From Craspedostauros australis (Eukaryota), in NCBI GenBank assembly GCA_030167865.1, contig JALAGF010000198.1, positions 1 through 53,092 of the forward strand: a stretch of 53,092 nt of DNA, read 5' to 3'. Of the stretch, positions 1 through 10,042 are shown one piece after another. The position numbers and the translations under genes were made by a program. A model generated the notes under the pieces. That model saw nothing but the letters and a program-made list of their open reading frames with translations, was not told where the DNA came from and searched no databases. How positions within the stretch are numbered: the first letter of the stretch is position 1; each line of letters opens with the position of its first letter.

Positions 1-399
1 TGATGAAGGTGACGTATCGAAGAAGGCAAGCTGGAAGAAGAAGGCAGTATGGGGGATGCTGCGAATGATAAGCAAGGAGGTGCAAGGTTGATGATGGGAT
101 GAAATGAACCACAGCAGGCAAGGAGGTTGGAGAGGGAGGGTTGTTGCCAACTGGAGGAAAGCGAAGAAACAATGACGATGAAGAAAATCTTGGAGGAGAA
201 GATGTCAGAACGAAGAGCTGGCAGAGTTTCTTTTAGTCGAAGTATTCGACCGAAAAATCCTATCGTGGAGATTTATCACGTGGAACTGAAAATTGTCTCC
301 TCAGACCGGATTTTGGCGAACCTCCGGGTAACTTTGTCTCCTGAGCCCAAAATGGCCATTTTTGGTCTCCCCAGACAGAATCTCTCTTTATGGATATAG

Positions 400-1430
400 C
401 CACGTTTGGAACGGACACAGCCCAACATCCATGGAGAAAGGGTTCTGATGACCCAGTCATCGGAACCCTTTTCCACCGAAGTCTCGATGTCTGGCGAAGA
501 CAGCTGGACCCAGGGAACAGCAAGATGCAGGAACCTGCTCTGCAAACCTTCGCCTTGCTCCCACACCGAAAACGGAACCACCTGTGGTACTGGCACTATG
601 CAACCCTACAACCCCTTTTCGAGGGGACATCTGCACAAAGTACCACCCCAGCAAGAACCATGGCAATAACCATAGCAATAACACTCATATTCCACATGTT
701 TCATCACCTTTCATGAGTACTCTCAATTGATTACTTGTGAACAGAAGATCGCATGTTTGGACAGCTTGCCAATCAAGCCTCTGCCCAGAGCACAACAACT
801 ACTACCAAAACCACAACCATTACGTTTGAGCTCTACTAGATTAACAGTTGCAACAAATTGCAATGGAGCTAAACTAGCAGTTAGGCCAAGGAGGGATTTC
901 CTGGCACACATGACTCGTTTTCCCACAAATTGGCCTGAACCATGTTTCAGACATAACCATGTTTGGACCAGGCAGGAGTCTTCAAAGAAGATCTCTGGAA
1001 TCCAGGATCACAGAAAAAGGTTCCGATGACCCAGTCATCAGAACCCCTTCCTGCCAAGATCCTGATGCCTGGACAAGACTGCCGGATTGAAGGATTGGTG
1101 CCATGCAGGAACACACACCAAAAACCTTCGCCTTGCTCCAGACTCGACGAAGGGATCCCTCCCATGGTACTTGGGCTATGCAAACCCTATGACCCTTTTT
1201 GAGGGCAACCTGCATGAGATGCCAACCCAGCAAGGACTGTAGAAATAGCACTCATAATCCACATGTTTCTTCACCAACCAATAGTATTCTCAACTTGCTA
1301 CTTGTGGACAGAAGACTCACGTTTGGACTGCTTGTCAATCAAACCTTTACCAACACCAAACTTCAGCCATCAAGACAACAGCTACTACATTTGGGCTCTA
1401 TTTGATTAGCAGTTGCAAGAGACTGTCAAG
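400..1430. repeat. Diverged tandem direct duplication (two units, ~400-865 and ~960-1430), probably transposon-derived
   Basis: Seen: collinear shared blocks, including GGTTC(T/C)GATGACCCAGTCATC(G/A)GAACCC (441/1019), AAACCTTCGCCTTGCTCC (~544/~1122), CACTCATA..CCACATGTTTC, TACTTGTG.ACAGAAGA and GATTA.CAGTTGCAA (~839/~1404). Unit boundaries are approximate. Confidence 0.8.
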
Positions 1431-2185
1431 CTTCTAGACCCTGCATGAGGACTTTTACCAACTGCATCAAACCCTCCACCAGGGGACCCTCCAAGAGGAG
1501 CCCAGGTGATTTGACTGATACCTTTGAGACCAACCCCAAGGACCCAAAGGACCCCAGCCTCTCCGCCATCCTCAATGACATGACAGGCTCCCCAACGGAA
1601 GGACCCTCGTTGGTCTCCTTCATTGAGATCGGAAAGGACTTCATCAAGGTAACCAGACCATCAGATATTCGGTCTGTCCATCCATTCGACAGGAACAAGC
1701 GACATCGAGTCCAGATCGATGTACTGCACAAAGTAACCCCCATATGACGATACTTTTGCCTCCCATCTGCATCATCAACGGAAAATGGAATCTGAAGGAG
1801 CATGAAATGACAGCTGGCATTGACACAATGTCATCGTGTCACCACATGGACAGCTGACTCCTCATCGGAACAAGAAGCCGAAGATTCTATGACTGTGGTG
1901 TCATGGAGATCGTGGATATGCAAAGGAGGAGTTTGGACAAGACATTGACAACTACACATGAAGTAGTAGGTCAGTATAAGACAGGACAATCATGTACATG
2001 TCGAACATGGAGTCACGCACAGTGATAACACGGACGAGAGAGAGAGAAACATGAGAAACGACGAGAGAGGATCTCGCATGCTGACTCATAGTTGGGCCAT
2101 CGGAACAACAACGGAATGAATTAAGAATTGAATTTGTAACACCACCACCACCACCACCATCGTCTACAGTGCAAGAGTCATCTAT

Positions 2186-3332
2186 GTGTGGAACTTGCCA
2201 ACAATGAATGTCTCCGCTGATGCCTACACCGGCCAGCAGTGGGAACACACACACCAAACCGGGTGGAGTACTGCTATTCCCCCAGTGCCTACTGGCGGAT
2301 GGACCCTGCACACGGGCACCACCCGAATCACAGATCTGGACTACTGGACTGTGCACAGCACGCTCGACGGAACAGATATCTGACGCAAGTGGTGCCAACA
2401 ATGGGGGTCAGCCAGCCCAGCCGATGTGAACTGGACGCCAATGCGAGTCAACTCCTGACGCTGGATGGGGGGCAGACGGCGCACCCTCCTCAAACTAGTG
2501 ATGGGCGCGGGTGCCAGCAGCAAGAACATGCAACAATGACAGCAAGAAGCCTCCGATGCATGTCCCTGCTGCAGGCAGCCCAAGGACAACGCTCACATCA
2601 TCATGTGCCAAAGCGCATCCAGCCAGGCCATCTGGGCCAAGGTCATTCTCAAAGTGCAGTCAATCATGCAACTGCCTAGTACCCCTCCCCCCGTTGCCCA
2701 ACTATTGTTCACAGCTCTCCTCTGTATTTCCACCAGTGGCATCCCACCCTCCGGCATCCGGGACTCGCCCACCAAACATATCCATCTACAGCAAGCTGCT
2801 GTGGGGTGGGCTGCGATAGTGTGGGGCGGATGGGCCTCTCTCTGGCGGCAACAGGCTCCTCCCATGGCCCAAAGCATGCACCAAGGTATGTCCAGGCTGC
2901 TTCGGGACTGGCAGGTCAGTGTTGCCAACCTGCTCTGGCACACTGTGCTGGCGCAGTGGAAAGACTGCAATGACACCAAAGCAGCACAGACGTCCAATGA
3001 CATGATCGCAATCCTTCAGCAACACGCCTGCCAGGTACAGTCAGCGCCTGCCGCAACTGTCCCGTCCATGCTACGATCTCTCTGGGGGGCGACCACCTCC
3101 TCTACATCAGACCGCAGCACTGTCCGACTGGGTTCAAGCCATGCGGAAAGGCCTCGGTGATACTGCCCGAACAGTGCTCGTCAACTGGATGCTCAACCAG
3201 CGCAGGCACACAACCGCCAGACCGAACTCGCCATCGGATCGCACCCCTGTGACGCCCATGCCACGACAGCACCTCGACCACATTAGCCATCCTACGACTT
3301 CACTCCGTTCCGGCAGCGTGCCAGCACGTTGA
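2186..3332 (+). mobile_element. Degenerate 3' fragment of a non-LTR (LINE-type, Ambal-like) retrotransposon ORF
   Basis: Seen: CPCCRQPKDNAHIIMC (2561-2608, a CCHC zinc knuckle) in frame with QAAVGWAAIVWGGWASLW...LLWHTVLAQWKDCN. Upstream NVSADAY resembles the RNase H C-terminal N-x-x-A-D motif. The reading frame is broken. Knowledge: this Trp-rich Q..GW...W..RN tail follows the zinc knuckle in LINE ORF2 proteins. Family assignment is inference. Confidence 0.62.
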
Positions 3333-5593
3333 ATAAACGAGGCGAAATAAAAGCGCCGTCGGCGCATGACCTAACCGTTATAATCAATGAGGTATATATA
3401 AAACAGGCAAATCTAGAGAGCACACCAAAAAAGCAATCCAAACAACTGCTTCTCATGCTATATCTCAACATCCCATCGTTCACGATTTTAAACTAAATAG
3501 GACATGTACACGTTGAGATCGATGAAAAAGTGCCACTCAACATGACGAAAGGTTGGTCGACTCGCTGACCTGGGTGATATTGTGAGACACTTGCGCAACG
3601 AATGCATTCTACTCGTACAAGTATGCGTTGTGGTCATGGGAGCAGGACGCGCTATGCTTGTTCATGTTAAGTGTTCCTGCCTCTATTGTGGTTTGATCAT
3701 GGAAATGAAGGTTGGCAGAAGTGGTTGCGACGTGATTGACGGGCGAGTAATCGTGGGCTTGTGGTCGTGGATGAACGTGCCACAAGAGGTTACAAGACTG
3801 GAAGCACCCTTGATTGATCAGAAAGCGGTACTCGTCCGGAGCAACGATGTGATCGTGATTGGAGGGAGGATCCAACGGACGGTATCTCATTTCCAGTTCG
3901 TGCCGAACTGGCACACCAAAACGCTGACATCACGCACAAACGTTGCACCGAATCACTTGGCAAGAGATGGTTACCTGCGACCACATTCGGACCTTGCTGC
4001 TGAAGGAAAGTGCATCAAAGTCCGAAGCAGCAGCTCGGACCAGCATCCATTTGACAAAAATGAGAGAAGCGATGGTCGATGATGCGGTTGGGTGCTCCAC
4101 TCTCGTGCGATTCAAGAGGCAACGGCGACCCCTCTGACAGAAATGCTGAACATGAAAAGAGAAGCGGTGTCCGAGATGTTGGGCAGGACTGTGTAACACT
4201 TCCGAAGAATTCGGTTCCGATGGATCTTTTCGTGCGATTCCAAACCTGAGTGCAGTTTGGAATCCTCCGATCACAAGTTGTCGAATGCGGTGGTCTTTGT
4301 GTTGGGAACAGCCGGAAGCTCTGTTTCCACGCGCTTCTTTGTTTGTGTCCTCGACGATAACTACGTCGGAAAGTGACACGAGTTGTGACGGAGTTATGGG
4401 TAGAGCGGTGCACTTGTAACCGTACTGGAGGCGGCGGCCTTCGTGGGAACCAAATGCGTGGAGCAAAGAGGTTTTGCGTGGTGGTGTGCGTGGGAGGACA
4501 ATGCCCATGGGGGCTATGGGCAATTCGCGACCGGGATTGTTTCTCTCGGTGTTTTTGTGCTCGTGGGACATCCAGTGAGACGCAATGAAGAATCACTTAG
4601 ACTGGCTTGTGCACTACTGTTTCCGCAGGGACCATAAGTGAAAGGTAGTCACGAAGACGAAATATATATGCTCAACGGCAACCACGTGATTTACACGAAC
4701 AATTCCGGCTTTAAGTGTGTGTTCCTGTTCAAGCATCCTTTTGATGCACACCGGCGGGCGGCTTCGTCTCGTTTTGTACTTTTGAAACGCCGATGGTTTG
4801 GTGACCAGCCGTGTTGATTGGTGGTGATAACACGCAAGTATCGCGTGTGTATGCGTGTTGGCACAGAAGCATGAAAAAACGAACAAACGAGCGCAACATA
4901 CGCGCACTCTACGCGGGCTATGGCAACTGGGTGCCGAGCATCATCATCACACTTCGCTTCCCGAGATAACTTGGTTTGTCGTTGCAGATCGCCGTTGTGC
5001 CGCTTTCGTGGTACCGACGTTGCACGCCGTTGCTCCGGCATCTCCTGTCATCTTGCTGCGTCGCCTCTCATTGCGTTGAAGCAGAAGCAAAATAAAACGA
5101 CACAATCGGAGAGGCAAGACAACCCCATCGATCCATTGTGCTCAACCCAACTCAACTCAATCGGACACCACTCTGTCCATTAGATTACAATTGTTGAACA
5201 AGAGTAGTTGAAAGGTGACAGTCTGAAGCTGTGGCACTCTCCAACACCTTATAACAACGACAGGAATCTTCGCACAAACACAAATACACAATCGTTGCAC
5301 TGATTACGCTTCCATACTCGTACTCGTGCTATTGTCGTGCTATACTCCCACAGAGTACAACAGAAAGCACAGAAAGCATTGACGAGGTTGGAAGCCACGC
5401 ACCCTGATCTATTCATAATCCATATACTCCATAATCCATACTCCGTTGCATCTGCAGAGACTCCGCCAAGGACAATCGATTGCTTCGCACAACTGAATCT
5501 CCATCGGACTTGCATCCAACGACCATCCAACTGTCATCAGACTTCCATCTATTCCATAACACTACACAACATAACACAACATAACACTATAAC

Positions 5594-6889
5594 ATGCCTA
5601 TCACAGGAGAACAGGAGACGCCGATCTCCCCCACGCCATCATCGTACAGCATCGACAGCATGGCCAGCTTCGGAAGGAGCGTCTCCTCCGCTGTGAGAGA
5701 CGCCAAGCGGCCCAGCCTGACCATGAAGTCGCCCGCTTTGGCGCCAAAGACGGTGGTGCGCATGGCCAACCGCAGACAGGCACGGTCCAGCGTCACCAAA
5801 TCGCCCTCCGACATTGAGGACGACGAGATCACGGCCGCCACCGTCTCCACGGCCCACAGCAGCCTCGCCAGCGTCAAGCAGAGCTCCTTCAGCTCATCCA
5901 CGGACGCCTCCGACAGCGACTCGGGTCCACAGCGAGTGCGCCCCAAGGCCTCCTCGCTGGATCAGATCAAGTCCGTGCGCGGGGCCAGGAGCACAGTCGC
6001 CATGCCCGGCGGTTGCGGCAGACGCACCTACGTCCGTGGCGAATCAGACGATGACAGCAACAATAACGACAATGACAACGAAGAGGAGGACGACATGATC
6101 GAAGACGCCGCCATCAGCAACCACAGCACGCGCTCGCGCAGACGATCCATGCAGGACTCCTCCTCGCACCAGCGACAGCTGCGACGCATGTCCACGGACT
6201 CCTCCATGCCCAGCACGGCCAGGCGACGCACCATCCAGTTCCGCAACCAGGTGCGCGTGCGCAAGTGCCTGCACCATCTCAGCTACACCGATGAGGAGTG
6301 GGAGAACACGTGGTACACAGACTTCGAGATGGACCGCATCAAGCTCAAGACGCAGCGCATGCTGGACGGCATCGAGCGCGGTGAGTACCCCGTCCAGCGC
6401 GGTCTCGAGTGCCACACGCGTGAGGGCTCCGAGAAGCGCAACATACACAAGGAGGCCACCAGACAGGCCGTCCTCGACGAGCAGGACTACCAGCGCTGCA
6501 ACGGCATGTGCGTGCCGGAGGCCATCGCCCGAGCGTCCAACCAGACCTCCGTCTCCAGCCGCACGCAGGCCCTCATCATGGGCATGATGGACCATCAGTG
6601 CATCGCGAAGGAGCTCGAGGAGGAGCTGGCCAAGCACAAGAAGCGCTCCAAGTCGCGCAGCAACAGCTGCCACTCGCGGCGCACGCGCGGATCCTCGCAG
6701 CGCCGCAGTTCCAGCACGGGCCGTCGGCGTCGGCGATCCACTTCGAGGCGTCGGCGGCGATCGGAGAAGGACTCATCATCATCACAGCGTCGGTCGCGGA
6801 CGAGTGAGAAGCGCCGGTCATCCACGTCAACTGCACCCAAGGACATTCCCTTGGGAACCGTCATTACAGCTTTGGAGCGCCGACCCTGA
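5594..6889 (+). CDS. Diatom-type uncharacterised protein (431 aa) with RxIxF...WY...RGLE...VLDEQ domain and S/R-rich tails
   Basis: Single ORF with strong C/G-ending codon bias. Motifs RRTIQFRNQVRV, ENTWYTDFE, RGLECHT and AVLDEQ match a family I recognise as expanded in diatoms. Confidence 0.85.
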   Translation: MPITGEQETPISPTPSSYSIDSMASFGRSVSSAVRDAKRPSLTMKSPALAPKTVVRMANRRQARSSVTKSPSDIEDDEITAATVSTAHSSLASVKQSSFSSSTDASDSDSGPQRVRPKASSLDQIKSVRGARSTVAMPGGCGRRTYVRGESDDDSNNNDNDNEEEDDMIEDAAISNHSTRSRRRSMQDSSSHQRQLRRMSTDSSMPSTARRRTIQFRNQVRVRKCLHHLSYTDEEWENTWYTDFEMDRIKLKTQRMLDGIERGEYPVQRGLECHTREGSEKRNIHKEATRQAVLDEQDYQRCNGMCVPEAIARASNQTSVSSRTQALIMGMMDHQCIAKELEEELAKHKKRSKSRSNSCHSRRTRGSSQRRSSSTGRRRRRSTSRRRRRSEKDSSSSQRRSRTSEKRRSSTSTAPKDIPLGTVITALERRP

Positions 6890-7039
6890 TCTAATTCTAA
6901 CACCCACACACATTCTGTACACTGTGCTGTTCTATAGGGGCGTTGCTTTTGCTCAAGTTGTGTGTGTGTTACAAGCAGTCGCTATGCTATGCCGTGCACT
7001 ATGTGTTAGGATATAAAGTCTACTGGAGAGCACGCGTGA

Positions 7040-9847
7040 TCAATCGACCGCCAAGGTCTGCTTGATGAGCTGGGCATTCTTCGCGGCGTAATCGCAGTTT
7101 TCATCCTCCAACTCCTGAATGCGCTTTTCTTTCAAGTACATGTCCTCCTTGTAACCAGATTGGGCCTTGATCAGTTCGCTCTGCAACTTGGCGATCTGCG
7201 CTTGCAACGACGCCGTGTCGGTGCTGTCCTCGGCTTCGCCCCATCCAAAGCCCAGAAAGGACTTGCGCCGATCGCTCGAGACGGAAGTGCGGTCCATGGC
7301 GGCCTGCAAGAACAAGGCCTGCGGGGCATTGCTCGCCGTCGATTCGTCGTCGTCGTCCGAGATGGGATTGATGTTGGCCAGCTTCTGTTCGGCGGCCTCG
7401 GCGCGCTGCTTCCACGTGTACGTCTTTTCGGTCCAGCCCGTGAGCTTGTCCTGCAGGGCCGCGTTCTTATCTTGCCATTCCTGCGTCTTGGCCATCTGCG
7501 CGCGCACCTGATCCTCGAGGCCGTCGTTGTTGGATTGCAGGTCGTGGTTATGCTCCGTCAGCTGCTCGATCTTGGTCTGCGCGTGTTCGAGCTGTTCCTG
7601 CGTCGACGCGATCTGGGATTGTTTGTCGTGCAGCTGTTTGGTGAGGGAGACGAAGGAACCCTTCTCGCGGTCGTCGAGTTCCTTGACGAGGCGCGCGGCC
7701 TCCTTCTGCAGGATGGCGATGGCCTCGTCCTTCTTGTTGAGCTTGACGGTCCATTCGAGGTCGCGGCCTTTGAGCTGGCCCTGCAGCATCGTGTTCTCGA
7801 GCTGGACGGCCTTGAGGCGTTGGATTTCGGCGCGCTGGTCCTCGACCTCGCGTTCGAGGGACGCGATGCGTTGGTGCGCGGTGTCATGCGCGGTGGCATG
7901 CAGCTTGAGATCGACGAGCTCGTCCTCCAGCTTGCGCAGCTCGTCTTCCAGCTCCCTAATCTCCTCATCGGCCAGCTCGAGCTTGCGATCCGTGCGCTCT
8001 AGATTATCGAGCTGATCGTCGATGGTGAGGTTGAGCTCGGCGATCTTGGAATCGCGGTGGCGCAGGTTGGATTGGACGTCGTCGGCCTTCGTCTTCCATT
8101 CGTTGCGGTCGTTGGTGAGCTGCAGAATCTCCGTCTGCGCCTTGGTCAAGGACTGCGTCGTGGTGAGGAGGTTGTCCTTGACGGCCATGGTCTCCTCCGT
8201 CGATCGCACCACCTTCTCCAAGGCTTCCGACAATTGTTCTTGCAGTCGGTTATTGGTGATTGATTGTTCTGCTACTGTTGTTGGTGCTGTTGTGGTTGTG
8301 GCTGTGGCTGTGCTTGGTGCTGTGCTTGGTGCTGTTTGTGGTGCGATCGGTGGTGTTGGCGCTGGTATTCGTGTTGGCTCTGACACTGACACTGCATCCA
8401 CCTCGTGGATCGCCTCCGCCATCGATTGCGGTTGATCCATCGCATCTGGAGCATTCTCAATACGGACGACAACATGATCGTTGTTGCCATCATCATCATC
8501 GCATTCATCCTCATCTGCCGAGACGGTCTCCACTCTGCCGATGCTGCACACGGAGGATTCGCTGCTGCCAGGCTTCTTGCTGCGCCTTGGAATGTGCATC
8601 GCCTTGTCATGAGTCTCGTCTTCACGTTCGATGCTACGCGATCGACTGCGCGCCACGAAGGCCCCGTACTTGGAATGCAGAGTATCCGAGCGTCCGCGCG
8701 GTTCCACAGAATGGTTGTTCCTGCGCGACGTCTTGTCCCTCGATCGGCGGCGCCTGCGCGGTGATTCGTCGTCGCTGCTGTGGATGGCCAAGCTGATATC
8801 TTGCTCGCTCTTGGGCTTGCGAGGCGCGGTGCTGCGGCGTTTGGGTTTCGTGGCGGTTTGGAACTCGTGCATGGAGTTGGATTTGCTGACGGACTTGATG
8901 CGGCGCTTCGTCTTGCGGCGGTCCTCGTCGATGGCGCTGATGTCCGTTTCCGACTTCTTGAGCTGCTTCTTCTTCTTCTTTTTCTTCTTGACCGTGCTGC
9001 TCGTGGCATCGTCGTCGTCCAACGGCTCCACGCTTGTCGTGGACTTGGCTTTCTTCTTCTTCTTGCCTTTCTTCTTCGGTTTGGGTTTGTTGTTGTTGTT
9101 GGTGGTGGTGTTGTTGGTGGTGGCGGTAGTGTTGGTGGTGTGGTTGGAGGACGCTGCGATGGATTCCGTCTGCGTATCGGCTGCGTCCGACACAACAGAG
9201 CCTGCTGTTGGCGACGCTTGCATTGTCTGCGATGCCGCAGAGCTGACCACAACAGGATGCTCCTCAGGATGGGAGCTGCTGGGATCGTTGATGGCCGACG
9301 GATTGACGCCCAACGTCTGCTCCAACGTGGCTTGCGGTGGTGCGATGGTGATGGAGGCAGGCGTTGGGACGTCCTCCTTCTTGTTCGACGACCGGAACGA
9401 CAGCAGCTTCTTGAACATCTTGCCTCGTTTGCGGCTGGGACTTGAGATCGGCTGTGGCTGACCATCATCGTCATCTCCATCATCGTTCTCGTCCAACGAA
9501 CGCACCGGCTTGATCTTGTGGTGCTGATCGTCTTCGTTGCCTGTGCGCGCATGGATGGAGCTGTCGTCCTTCTTTGCATTGTGTCCATTGGATTGCAGAT
9601 TGCCGTCCTCATGATCGCTCCATTCCGTCCACTCCGCAGATTCCTGCATGGGAGAGGCAGAGTCGTTGTCGTCCACCGTCACTTTGCTGGTCTTGCTGGC
9701 CATGTTGCTAATACTGTTATTGCTGTTGCCATTGCCATTGCCATTGCTACTGCTACTGCTACTGCTGCTGTTGCGATGGCCAGGGTTGGAACTGGACAGC
9801 TTGCGCTTGGCCACGGCCTTCTTCAGCATCTTGCCAACGCCCTTCAT
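7040..9847 (-). CDS. Uncharacterised 935-aa protein with disordered basic N-half and long C-terminal coiled coil
   Basis: Long uninterrupted ORF with coding-like codon bias, heptad L/E/K/Q pattern over the last ~400 aa, and poly-Lys tracts. Confidence 0.85.
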   Translation of the reverse strand: MKGVGKMLKKAVAKRKLSSSNPGHRNSSSSSSSSNGNGNGNSNNSISNMASKTSKVTVDDNDSASPMQESAEWTEWSDHEDGNLQSNGHNAKKDDSSIHARTGNEDDQHHKIKPVRSLDENDDGDDDDGQPQPISSPSRKRGKMFKKLLSFRSSNKKEDVPTPASITIAPPQATLEQTLGVNPSAINDPSSSHPEEHPVVVSSAASQTMQASPTAGSVVSDAADTQTESIAASSNHTTNTTATTNNTTTNNNNKPKPKKKGKKKKKAKSTTSVEPLDDDDATSSTVKKKKKKKKQLKKSETDISAIDEDRRKTKRRIKSVSKSNSMHEFQTATKPKRRSTAPRKPKSEQDISLAIHSSDDESPRRRRRSRDKTSRRNNHSVEPRGRSDTLHSKYGAFVARSRSRSIEREDETHDKAMHIPRRSKKPGSSESSVCSIGRVETVSADEDECDDDDGNNDHVVVRIENAPDAMDQPQSMAEAIHEVDAVSVSEPTRIPAPTPPIAPQTAPSTAPSTATATTTTAPTTVAEQSITNNRLQEQLSEALEKVVRSTEETMAVKDNLLTTTQSLTKAQTEILQLTNDRNEWKTKADDVQSNLRHRDSKIAELNLTIDDQLDNLERTDRKLELADEEIRELEDELRKLEDELVDLKLHATAHDTAHQRIASLEREVEDQRAEIQRLKAVQLENTMLQGQLKGRDLEWTVKLNKKDEAIAILQKEAARLVKELDDREKGSFVSLTKQLHDKQSQIASTQEQLEHAQTKIEQLTEHNHDLQSNNDGLEDQVRAQMAKTQEWQDKNAALQDKLTGWTEKTYTWKQRAEAAEQKLANINPISDDDDESTASNAPQALFLQAAMDRTSVSSDRRKSFLGFGWGEAEDSTDTASLQAQIAKLQSELIKAQSGYKEDMYLKEKRIQELEDENCDYAAKNAQLIKQTLAVD

Positions 9848-9985
9848 GTTGTCGCTGTTGTCGCTCTGTTGGTGGTTGTGGTGGTGGTTGGAAGTATGGT
9901 GTTCTCCGAGTCAAGAACGGGCGACTTTTGCGCTTCCGAGATCAAATCGCACCTTCCAGCACTTGCCACCATGCACACCCAGCTA

Positions 9986-10042
9986 TTGCCCTGTCTCTTG
10001 CCCTGTCTCTTGCCCTGTCTCTTGCCCTGTCTCTTGCCCTGT
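9986..10042. repeat. 12-bp tandem repeat (TTGCCCTGTCTC) x~4.75
   Basis: Seen directly, ~140 bp upstream of the coiled-coil gene start. Confidence 0.95.

Noticed and set aside
1426-1950. Coding-looking fragments after the tandem duplication
   Set aside because: Short broken frames with no motif I recognise; probably decayed repeat DNA.
1945-2140. Possible solo LTR (TG...ACA-bounded stretch preceded by purine-rich AAAGGAGGAG)
   Set aside because: No second copy, target-site duplication, primer-binding site or recognisable gag/pol motifs; the terminal inverted match is poor.
3582-4640. Overlapping ORFs of 100-213 aa on both strands
   Set aside because: No recognisable domain or clear codon bias; a faint DUF6824-like impression did not hold up.
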